Positions 53,901-60,731 of a DNA stretch of 64,000 bases are shown piece after piece. The notes below the pieces were generated by a model, which had not been told where the DNA came from, searched no databases, and saw nothing but the letters and a program-made list of their open reading frames with translations. Origin of the DNA: Bacteroides sp. (GTDB lineage Bacteria; Bacteroidota; Bacteroidia; Bacteroidales; Muribaculaceae); the NCBI GenBank assembly GCA_014802435.1, contig JAAVCG010000032.1, positions 65,839 through 129,838 of the forward strand, given 5' to 3'. The first letter of the stretch is position 1; each line of letters begins with the position of its first letter. The translations under genes and the position numbers were made by a program.

Positions 53901-53905
53901 TGCAT
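50903..53905 (-). CDS. PD-(D/E)XK nuclease family protein, AddB/RexB-like
   Basis: 1000 aa. The C-terminal nuclease domain has a Cys cluster (CPMRFY... CNYCPFKTTC) typical of AddB-type Fe-S nucleases. Confidence 0.75.
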   Translation of the reverse strand: MHAFLRSIADGYFRAEGMDLNRYTFVFPNSRSAKYFTHYLSQNKTFEGRDLKTITLTMAEFCEKGARLKRASQNKLLMTVYAAYCKVSRQHNPDFTPEEFDRFRFWAEMLIKDFDEIDRYMVNPTEIFRNVADYKEIQAFYLTDEQARIIRNFWGDDPYWGRLAAPELKEEAKELPFWAHIGSDEHAPVRKFKQIWEMMTEIYQEVTRMLLEEKLCYPGMAERRVAEMLKSEGPRKLPFNPKKYVFIGFHRLSTAEHMIFEELRKASMAHFYWEYDPALMNPASGNKAGRFIARYQEHFTDSLNAVSLPAGGGKHRVEVIGIASNVGQAKLAASLLRGSNTALVLPAPDALLPLVASIPEEFEQINVTMGYPLRYSQVSQLYASLAGLQLRAKRHTDGRIEYFRKDILRLLANPLLRAVCPDELTALRNLMDEQNLFNLPGETIAFAAADFPVMADLLAPVRDPNDIDCVADYTRLVLGRCLESEILTGLDAKVIEVINGQVDEIKELTEQYGVKMVKNTFFHMLERVIFQSALALSGLTFDVLQIMGVLETRALGFRNVMMLSMNDSVFPGRVSNKSFIPESLRRAYGLPTAEHYESDAAYYFFRILSNADNLTLIYDSRSGGLRSGEKSRFIEQLINMDFPGVEITVNDAVIASNLASPSERSLFPDSVEKTPEVMEKLLRYTDPAQKRTYKLSASALKTYLGCPMRFYLERVENIRPEEPRRPNLDALAFGNIIHQTAEMIYKRLRDEFKTSNITESVIRELIDGGYDDMLRRELLRSFNVNHVGLRVDDPQAYSRNLSGEAEVYFPEYLEIMKDMLRAEPVPFEFVDAEMSKTENWHLPSGTNLNFTLKIDRLDRAGGKLRFVDYKTGSDELDFNPSNLMPPGRYTHREGIFQLLTYCFAYKSLIGAENDEMQPLIYKIRQTPTDGSTFPPLNLKESRQKPVPLLSYAQVADWFEPLFCSMIEEIFNPEVPFRKTGLTAGTGSPCNYCPFKTTCLV

Positions 53906-53909
53906 CGAA

Positions 53910-55037
53910 TTATTTTTTTAAGAGCATAATCATCTTGATAGCCAGGTCAAAAAAGATGATTTTTGCGTTACCGTTTCCCTGGATGTCGGTTTTGGCCTCG
54001 TTGAGTTCGGCGATTATCTGTTCAACGTTGCGCTCGTTGATGAAGGGGCAGAAGCGCTCGCTGAATTGCTGTTCCGGGCCGGTCATATAGTTGAGAGCCT
54101 GGATTTTAAGATTATAGATGAAGTTTTCGCGCACCATCCGCTGGCAATAATCCAGAAATCGCGCCTCTGTTTCGCGCCCGAGGTCGGCCACCTGCTCGCT
54201 CCATTTCTTGAGCTCGCCGATTTTGCGGGCATAGGCCTGTCGCATCAAGGCCATGAACAGGTCAAGAAACAGGGCCGAATCCTTCGAGTTTCCGGCCTCT
54301 TCACGCGCGGCAATGACGTTGCCCTCGGCCAGATGGGCCGCCGCCAGTTGGTTTGCGTCGGGCGTGAATCCGTCGGCAAGGGCTGAGGCCGCATCAGTGT
54401 CTGAGAGGCGCCTGAGCTCAATGCGCTGACAGCGCGAATAAATTGTAGGCAAAACCTCTGCCGGCGAGTTGCTTACGAGAATAAACATTGACCCCGCTTC
54501 CGGCTCCTCAATGAGTTTGAGGAGCTTATTGGCGGTCTCCGGCTGCATTTTTTCCGGAAGCCAAATCAGAGCGATGTTGACGTCGGAAGAGCGGGCACTG
54601 AGGCTCATTTTGCGGCGCAGAGCCTCCGCATCATGTACGTAGATCTTTGGCTGTCCGTTAGGGTTGCCCAGGGTCGACTGCCATTGGCGGAAATCCATCC
54701 ACGGGTCCTCGCGCAGAAAGTCGCGCCAGTCTGCCAGCCAGTCATCGCTGAGCGTATCGGTCTGATTTTTCTTTTTGAGCACCGGAAAAATGAAGTGCAG
54801 GTCAGAATGATTCAGACTCTGATGGAGCAGACACGACGGACACCGCCCGCAACTGTCAGTAGCCCCGGGGGCCCGTCCGCTGCAATGAATATACTGTGCG
54901 AGCGCGCGCGCAAGCATCATCTCGCCGCTACCGACGGGTGCGGAAATCAGCAGGGAATGGGGCAGACGCTCCTCCTGAATCATCCTTATCAGGCGCTCCT
55001 TGGCGCCCTGATGGCCTATAACATCATCAAATCTCAT
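53910..55037 (-). CDS. holB: DNA polymerase III delta' subunit-like AAA+ protein
   Basis: Start MRFDDVIGHQ at 55037. It has a PHSLLISAPVGSGE Walker-like motif and a zinc module CGRCPSC. Confidence 0.8.
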   Translation of the reverse strand: MRFDDVIGHQGAKERLIRMIQEERLPHSLLISAPVGSGEMMLARALAQYIHCSGRAPGATDSCGRCPSCLLHQSLNHSDLHFIFPVLKKKNQTDTLSDDWLADWRDFLREDPWMDFRQWQSTLGNPNGQPKIYVHDAEALRRKMSLSARSSDVNIALIWLPEKMQPETANKLLKLIEEPEAGSMFILVSNSPAEVLPTIYSRCQRIELRRLSDTDAASALADGFTPDANQLAAAHLAEGNVIAAREEAGNSKDSALFLDLFMALMRQAYARKIGELKKWSEQVADLGRETEARFLDYCQRMVRENFIYNLKIQALNYMTGPEQQFSERFCPFINERNVEQIIAELNEAKTDIQGNGNAKIIFFDLAIKMIMLLKK

Positions 55038-55042
55038 AACTG

Positions 55043-55050
55043 CAAAAATA
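55043..55050 (-). promoter_or_regulatory. Candidate -7 box (TATTTTTG) 5 nt upstream of the holB ATG; predicted leaderless
   Basis: The minus strand reads TATTTTTG-cagtt-ATG. Confidence 0.45.
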
Positions 55051-55080
55051 GCAAAAAAAAAGCAAATCACAAAATTAAAT

Positions 55081-55116
55081 GCAAAATACCAAGTACAAAA
55101 TACAAAATACAAAGTA
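55081..55116. repeat. (TACAAAA)n heptamer tract
   Basis: gtacaaaatacaaaatacaaag. The 16-nt tacaaaatacaaaata is identical to 1670-1685. Confidence 0.8.
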
Positions 55117-55197
55117 AACTCGTTGATTGAATTAATTATTTGCAAAAAAACATAACATAAACGGCACTTTATTAATATGGAGACTCTATCTTTAGTC

Positions 55198-55426
55198 AGA
55201 TAGCCCGGAGGGCTTGCACCTTTTGTTAACCGGGGGTTGAGCGTAGCACTACCCCCGGCTGAAGCCTAAAAAAATCTCAACGACCCGGGATGGGTCGCAC
55301 TATCCTTTGAGGCAAAGATAATGCGACCCACTCCGGGGTCGTTATGATAGGGGGGAGCTCATTCCCCCCGGGTATCGCTACGCTCAACCCCCGGTTAACT
55401 GAAGTATAAGCCCTGCCGGGCTATCT
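55198..55426. repeat. MITE-like nested palindromic element, copy 1 (~229 bp)
   Basis: The terminal ~50 nt agatagcccggagggctt...gttaaccgggggttgagcgtagc is mirrored by gctacgctcaacccccggttaac...aagccctgccgggctatct. The inner arms aacgacccggg.tgggtcgca / tgcgacccactccggggtcgtt also pair. The apex is ctttg-agg-caaag at ~55311. Confidence 0.85.
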
Positions 55427-55559
55427 ATGAGACAGCTATTAATTATAATTGAGTGTATATGCTGTAAAAAATTTAATTCAACCATAGCGAAAAATTAAAT
55501 GCAGAATCCAAAGGGCAAAGTAATCCGGCGGATTTTTTGGTTCTCAGGGGATTTTTGTG

Positions 55560-55567
55560 TAATTTTG
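55560..55567 (+). promoter_or_regulatory. Candidate -7 box TAATTTTG 5 nt upstream of the ATG; predicted leaderless
   Basis: TAATTTTG-cgggt-ATG(55573). Confidence 0.45.
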
Positions 55568-55572
55568 CGGGT

Positions 55573-56631
55573 ATGAAACGACTTGGAATGATTTTAGGGG
55601 CGGCTGTTATTGCCCTGACTATGAGTGCGGTAGAGCTGCATTTCTATCCTTATGAACTCAAACTGAACCATGCGTTTAATCTGGCCTCAATGTCACGTAC
55701 GGTGACTCCAGGGGTGCAGGTGGAGCTCCGCATGGACTCCATCATCGGCTATGGTGAGGCCTCGATGCCCCCTTATCTTGGCGAATCCGTGGAGTCGGTA
55801 ATGTCTTTCCTGGAAAAGGTTGACCCTCAGCGACTTGCCGACCCTTTTCAGTTTGAGCGCATCCATCAGTATTTAGACTCCTTGGCCCCGGGAAACCGCG
55901 CCGCCAAGGCTGCGATTGACATTGCCCTGCATGACCTCACAAGCCGAATCATGGGCAAACCTTGGTATCAAATCTATGGGCTCGACCCCGAGTTGGCTCC
56001 CTGCACTTCATATACAATTACAAATGACACTCCCGAAGTCCTGGCGCAAAAAATGGCCGAGGCCGAGCCTTATAAAATATGGAAAGTGAAGATGGGAGTC
56101 CCGGGCGACAGGGAGCTGATTGAAACAATCCGCCGCCATACTGACCGCCCCCTCTGTGTCGACGTCAATCAGGGATGGAAAACCCGCGAGGAAGCACTGG
56201 AAAATATCCTTTGGCTGGCCGAGAGGAATGTACTCTTCGTTGAGCAACCGATGGATAAGACTGATTTAGAGAGTCATAAGTGGCTCAAGGAGCGCTCCCC
56301 GCTGCCCATTATTGCCGATGAAGCCGTGCAGACGAGTGCCGATGTCCCCGCCCTGGCCGATGCCTATGATGGCATTAACATCAAGCTGATGAAGTCTGGA
56401 GGCCTCCACGACGCTTATAAGATGGCTATTCTGGCCCGCGCACTGGGAATGAAAGTGATGATAGGCTGCATGACCGAGACCTCCTGCGGCGTAACGGCCG
56501 CCGCCCAACTCGCCCCCTTGGCCGACTGGGTAGACCTCGACGGCAACCTCCTGATTGCCAATGACCCCTTCCGCGGCCTCACCATAGTCAACGGCCAAGT
56601 CCGCCTCCCCCGCCAACTCCTTAAAAATTAG
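55573..56631 (+). CDS. Dipeptide epimerase (L-Ala-D/L-Glu epimerase-like, enolase superfamily)
   Basis: ..GYGEASMPPYLGES.., KVKMG, DVNQGW, EQP and IIADE metal/base motifs of MLE-subgroup enzymes. The N-terminal 28 aa are hydrophobic and signal-like. Confidence 0.85.
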   Translation: MKRLGMILGAAVIALTMSAVELHFYPYELKLNHAFNLASMSRTVTPGVQVELRMDSIIGYGEASMPPYLGESVESVMSFLEKVDPQRLADPFQFERIHQYLDSLAPGNRAAKAAIDIALHDLTSRIMGKPWYQIYGLDPELAPCTSYTITNDTPEVLAQKMAEAEPYKIWKVKMGVPGDRELIETIRRHTDRPLCVDVNQGWKTREEALENILWLAERNVLFVEQPMDKTDLESHKWLKERSPLPIIADEAVQTSADVPALADAYDGINIKLMKSGGLHDAYKMAILARALGMKVMIGCMTETSCGVTAAAQLAPLADWVDLDGNLLIANDPFRGLTIVNGQVRLPRQLLKN

Positions 56632-56641
56632 CAATCAACAG

Positions 56642-57008
56642 TATAGCCCGGAGGGCTTATACTTCAGTTAACCGGGATGTTGAGCGTAGAGGATGTTTCA
56701 GAGCCTTGCGACCGTACATGACTGGGCTTCGTGGCGCCCTCGCCACGATGGCGCGTCAGCGCCACGGTTTTCATCTCATTGAATTGGTCCTCAGCTTTAT
56801 ATGAAAATTATGGCGCTGACGCGCCACCGTGGCGAGGGCGCCACGGAGCCCGGTGGCTTTCGCTAAATCATGAGTTCGGCAACACCCGCCTCGCCCCCGG
56901 TCAATAACGACACCATCCGTGGTCGTTATAATTTATTTTGACATTAACCCCGGGAATCGCTACGCTCAACCCGGGGTTAATTGAAGTGTAAGCCCTGCCG
57001 GGCTATCT
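56642..57008. repeat. MITE-like nested palindromic element, copy 2 (~367 bp)
   Basis: Same termini as copy 1: tatagcccggagggcttatacttcagttaaccggg... and ...cccggggttaattgaagtgtaagccctgccgggctatc. It has a different inner ~40-bp palindrome (cgtggcgccctcgccacgatggcgcgtcagcgcca, mirrored). Confidence 0.85.
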
Positions 57009-57039
57009 TTGAGGCAATTACTAATTGCTAATTGGTGAG

Positions 57040-58089
57040 TTAGTTTTTTGTGGAGAATTTGAAGATGATGTCTTCAGAGTAGGTTTCGCCGGGGCGGAGT
57101 TCTACGGAGGGGAATTGCGGATGATTGATGGAGTCGGGAAGTCCCTGACATTCAATCGCTACGCCGTCATAGTCCTCATATGAGCGTCCGGCCTTGTTTT
57201 TCGGCGAACCTGCGAGCCAGTTGCCGGTGTAGATCTGCACTCCGGGCTGGGTGGTCAATACGTCGAGCACACGGCCTGACTTCGGGTCCTCCAAGGTGGC
57301 GCAATGGCGGAGTTCGCCGGGATTCCATCCGTCAATGACGTAGCAGTTGTCATAACCCTTGCCAAAGGTCAGTGCGGGGAATTCAGCCTTGATGTCTGCG
57401 CCCAGGGCCTTGGCCTTGGTGAAGTCCATCGGGGTGCTTTTGACTGCCTCGAGATTGCCCGTAGGAATCAGTGAGTCGGTCGTCGGCAGGAAGAGATGGG
57501 CATCCAATTTGAGGGTATGGTCCAGAACGGAGCCGCTATTGTGTCCGGCCAGGTTGAAATAGGCGTGGTTAGTGAGGTTGACGATGGTGTGGGCGTCGGT
57601 CGTCGCGCCAAGGTGGAGCTTGAGCTCACAGTCGTCGGTCCATTCATATTCAGCCGTTGCGGTCAGATTGCCGGGATAGCCTTCTTCGCCGTCCTTTGAG
57701 AAGTAAGTGAACTTGACTTTTCCTTCGGGAGTGACTTCAACGTCCCAGATCTGATTCTGGAACCCTTCGGGGCCGCCATGGAGGGCGTTGGGGCCGTTAT
57801 TGATGGCGAGTTCATAGTCCTTGCCGTCAAGAACGAAGTGGCCGCGGTCAATGCGGTTGGCCACACGTCCGGGAACTTTGCCGGCACAGGGTCCGTCATA
57901 ATAATAGTCGGTAACGTCGGCATAGCCGAGGACTACGTCGTCCATCTTGCCTTCACGGTCAGGCACTTCAACCCCGACGATGCAGGCACCCAGGGAGCTC
58001 AGTGTAACCTTGGCTCCGGAGGCATTGGTGAGGGTCAGGATAGTGACGTCGCCTTTCGACGACGCCACGGTTTTCTTTTCGATATTCAT
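57040..58089 (-). CDS. galM: Aldose 1-epimerase (galactose mutarotase)
   Basis: ..NNGPNALHGGPEGF.., ..TNHAYFNL.., ..GVAIECQ.. motifs. Downstream of galK. Confidence 0.93.
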   Translation of the reverse strand: MNIEKKTVASSKGDVTILTLTNASGAKVTLSSLGACIVGVEVPDREGKMDDVVLGYADVTDYYYDGPCAGKVPGRVANRIDRGHFVLDGKDYELAINNGPNALHGGPEGFQNQIWDVEVTPEGKVKFTYFSKDGEEGYPGNLTATAEYEWTDDCELKLHLGATTDAHTIVNLTNHAYFNLAGHNSGSVLDHTLKLDAHLFLPTTDSLIPTGNLEAVKSTPMDFTKAKALGADIKAEFPALTFGKGYDNCYVIDGWNPGELRHCATLEDPKSGRVLDVLTTQPGVQIYTGNWLAGSPKNKAGRSYEDYDGVAIECQGLPDSINHPQFPSVELRPGETYSEDIIFKFSTKN

Positions 58090-58110
58090 AGGGTAGAGGA
58101 GAAGGGTAAA

Positions 58111-59274
58111 TTAGAGGCGACGGGCACCGTCAGAAATCACTACGGGATAAATCTTGGGCTCGTGGCCGTATTTTTCTTGGAACTTCTTGGTAACGACGGC
58201 GATGAAGGGGTCATAGAGGTCGTCCTTCACCAGGTTGATTGTGCAACCGCCGAAGCCGCCGCCCATGATGCGTGAGCCGGTAACTCCACATTCCTTGGCC
58301 AGGTCATTGAGATAGTCAAGCTCTTCGCAGCTTACTTCATAGAGCTTGCTCATGCCTTCGTGGGTCTGATACATGCGTTCGCCAACGGTTTGATAGTCAC
58401 CGCGTTCCAGGGCGTCGCAAACGTCGAGCACACGCTGCTTTTCGCCGATAACGTATTCAGCGCGCTTATAGTCTTCTTCGCTGATTTCGTCCTTGATGCG
58501 GTTGAGGTCGTCCATCGTGGCGTCACGCAGAGTCTCGATGCCGAGCTTTTCAGCTACGCGTTCGCAGCTCTGGCGGCGCTTGTTGTAGGGGGAGTCAACG
58601 AGTTCATGCTTAACCTGTGAGTCAACCAGAACGAGCTTGTAGCCATCGAGCTTGAAGGGGAAATATTCAAACTCCATTGAGCGGCAGTCAAGGCGCATCA
58701 GGTTGTCCTTCTTGCCGAATACGGAGGCAAACTGGTCCATGATGCCGCAGTTTACGCCGCAATAGTTATGTTCGGTGCTTTGGCCGATTTTGGCAAGCTC
58801 GAATTTGTCAATCTTGTTGTCATTGAACAGGTCGTTCATGGCAAAGGCAAAGCAGCTTTCCAGGGCGGCTGATGAGCTCAGACCTGCGCCTAAGGGCACA
58901 TTGCCGGCAAACACGGCGTCGAAGCCCTTAACGACGAATCCGCGCTTTTGAACTTCGCGGCATACGCCGAAAATATAGCGTGCCCACTGCTGTGAGGGGG
59001 CGTCTTCTTCTTTGAGGCCAAACTCAGCGGTCTCCTTGATGTCGACTGAGTAGACGCGGCAGCGGTCAGTGCCGTTGGGGCGGATTTCCGCTTCAATGAT
59101 TTTATCGATGGCGCCGGGGAAGACGAAGCCGCCGTTATAGTCGGTGTGTTCACCGATAAGGTTGATACGTCCGGCTGAGGCAAAAAGAATGCCTTCTCCG
59201 CCAAAACGGGTTGAAAATTCTTCGTGGATTTTCTGTTCCATGGCATTGGAACATTCATGCTGTTGAGTGCTCAT
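58111..59274 (-). CDS. galK: Galactokinase
   Basis: GRINLIGEHTDYNGGFVFP signature and GHMP kinase motif PLGAGLSSSAAL. Confidence 0.96.
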   Translation of the reverse strand: MSTQQHECSNAMEQKIHEEFSTRFGGEGILFASAGRINLIGEHTDYNGGFVFPGAIDKIIEAEIRPNGTDRCRVYSVDIKETAEFGLKEEDAPSQQWARYIFGVCREVQKRGFVVKGFDAVFAGNVPLGAGLSSSAALESCFAFAMNDLFNDNKIDKFELAKIGQSTEHNYCGVNCGIMDQFASVFGKKDNLMRLDCRSMEFEYFPFKLDGYKLVLVDSQVKHELVDSPYNKRRQSCERVAEKLGIETLRDATMDDLNRIKDEISEEDYKRAEYVIGEKQRVLDVCDALERGDYQTVGERMYQTHEGMSKLYEVSCEELDYLNDLAKECGVTGSRIMGGGFGGCTINLVKDDLYDPFIAVVTKKFQEKYGHEPKIYPVVISDGARRL

Positions 59275-59340
59275 GTTTGTTTTTCTTGATATTTGGTTAA
59301 TAAATTTGAGGCCAAAATTACGTCAAAAATTTTCGTAATG

Positions 59341-59348
59341 CAAATTTA
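59341..59348 (-). promoter_or_regulatory. Candidate -7 box (TAAATTTG on the minus strand) for galK-galM
   Basis: 67 nt upstream of the ATG at 59274. A second match, CAAAATTA, is at 59313-59320. Confidence 0.4.
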
Positions 59349-59361
59349 TTTAGTTAATTAA

Positions 59362-59904
59362 TTATAATAACATTCCGCGAGCCACTTCGTCGGCTTTCTC
59401 CTCGCCAAGGGCGGCATTGACAATGGCCAGCCCGAAGTCCGTTGCAAACGCGGGTCCTTTAGCCGTGATGAGTCCAGGAGCTGTTACTACCGGAGCTCCC
59501 GTCATCTCCGCACCCCGGCATAGGTCTTCAAAACCGGGATAACAAGTGGCCGGTTTGCCCTCAAGCAGCCCCTCGGCGCCTAAAACGACTGCCGGCGAAG
59601 CGCAGATGGCGGCAATTCCCCCGGCGGTCTTGCGGAGCAGCGCCAGCAATTTCTCGCACTCATGAAGGTTTGATGCGCCGGGCATTCCTCCCGGAAGAAC
59701 TAACCATTCGGCCTCAACGTCTTCCGCAAGCTCATCAATGTGAATATCCGCAACATACGGAACTCCGTGAGCCCCTTCAACGGCCTCTGAACCGTCGGTC
59801 GTAACAGCCACGCTGGTAACTTCCATTCCCGCGCGACGCATTATATCAATAGGCGCTACGGCCTCAATCTCCTCAAATCCCGGAGCTAAAAATACGTAAG
59901 TCAT
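59362..59904 (-). CDS. DJ-1/PfpI (ThiJ) family protein
   Basis: MTYVFLAPGFEEIE.. with nucleophile elbow AAICASP. The start at 59904 is chosen because the -7 box at 59938-59945 lies inside the longer ORF. Confidence 0.85.
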   Translation of the reverse strand: MTYVFLAPGFEEIEAVAPIDIMRRAGMEVTSVAVTTDGSEAVEGAHGVPYVADIHIDELAEDVEAEWLVLPGGMPGASNLHECEKLLALLRKTAGGIAAICASPAVVLGAEGLLEGKPATCYPGFEDLCRGAEMTGAPVVTAPGLITAKGPAFATDFGLAIVNAALGEEKADEVARGMLL

Positions 59905-59937
59905 GCTATTCAATGGATTAAATTTCATTTCATACTG

Positions 59938-59945
59938 CAAATTTA
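59938..59945 (-). promoter_or_regulatory. Candidate -7 box (TAAATTTG on the minus strand)
   Basis: CAAATTTA on the plus strand, 34 nt upstream of the ATG at 59904. Confidence 0.45.
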
Positions 59946-60082
59946 ACACATTTAATCCAAAAATCCAAATCCCCCTATGTCGCGCCCCGTCGCCCGTAAC
60001 AAATTCGTCCCTCGCAGACGTGGCTTGCCGCGTCTCCATAATTTTTTTTCATTTTTTGCGGTCCGGCCCTCAGAAGCGTGCG

Positions 60083-60090
60083 TATCTTTG
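60083..60090 (+). promoter_or_regulatory. Candidate -7 box TATCTTTG
   Basis: 45 nt upstream of the ATG at 60135. Confidence 0.45.
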
Positions 60091-60104
60091 CACCGCAAAA
60101 AAAA

Positions 60105-60134
60105 TTACTAACTACTAATTACCAATTACTAATT
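60105..60134. repeat. Four tandem heptamers (TTACTAA-like) ending 2 nt before the ATG
   Basis: ttactaa ctactaa ttaccaa ttactaa tt ATG. Confidence 0.85.
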
Positions 60135-60662
60135 ATGAAAGCTTTCCGACACGACGCCTGTGAGCGTACCAAGTCTAACGTACTGAAACTCCGCATGAAA
60201 TATGGCGCCGCCGGCTATGGCGTCTACATGATGCTCCTGGAGCGCCTGGCCATGGAGCCGAAGCTCCGCCATGACATGGATTATGACGCGCTTGCCTACG
60301 AATTTCAGGAGTCGGCAGATATGATTCGCCATATCGTTGAGGACTTCGACCTCTTCATTATCGACGTCGAAACCGAAACCTTTTCCCATGAGGAACTCAC
60401 CTCGCAAATGGCGACCAAAGCGCGTCGCGCCCGCGAAGAGAAGCTCCTTGACGAATTCATTGAGCGCCGCCTGGAGTCGCCGCGTTGGGCCGAAAACATG
60501 GCCTACGTACATAAGACCAGCCCTGAGCGGGTCAAAGCTCTGCTACAATGCTCCTTCCGCGACAAAATCCTATCGACCTACACCTTCCTGCCATCCTCCT
60601 CAGACCTCGGCCATATACTCAGCGACCTGATTAAATCCACCTTCCCTCCCAAAGACGATTGA
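60135..60662 (+). CDS. DUF4373-like (Lin1244/Lin1753-like N-terminal domain) protein
   Basis: MKAFRHDACERTKSNVLKLRMKYGAAGYGVYMMLLERL... is the typical N-terminus of this family. The call is from recollection of the family, not from a search. Confidence 0.6.
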   Translation: MKAFRHDACERTKSNVLKLRMKYGAAGYGVYMMLLERLAMEPKLRHDMDYDALAYEFQESADMIRHIVEDFDLFIIDVETETFSHEELTSQMATKARRAREEKLLDEFIERRLESPRWAENMAYVHKTSPERVKALLQCSFRDKILSTYTFLPSSSDLGHILSDLIKSTFPPKDD

Positions 60663-60693
60663 CACAAATTTTGGCGGTTATGAAAATTATTGC

Positions 60694-60701
60694 TAAATTT
60701 G
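60694..60701 (+). promoter_or_regulatory. Candidate -7 box TAAATTTG
   Basis: 30 nt upstream of the ATG at 60732. Confidence 0.5.
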
Positions 60702-60731
60702 CCGCGAAAAAGATACAACAACTTATTAATT

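Noticed and set aside
55198-57008. Treating the long inverted termini of the palindromic elements as invertons like the capsule switch
   Set aside because: The arms pair along nearly their whole length in nested fashion, as in a hairpin or MITE. They are not two short IRs around a unique promoter-bearing segment. No -7 box is evident inside, and no recombinase is adjacent.
59905-60039. Longer start (METRQ... or MKFNPLNS...) for the DJ-1/PfpI gene
   Set aside because: A consensus -7 box (59938-59945) lies inside this extension. The family alignment normally begins near MTYVFLAPGFEE.
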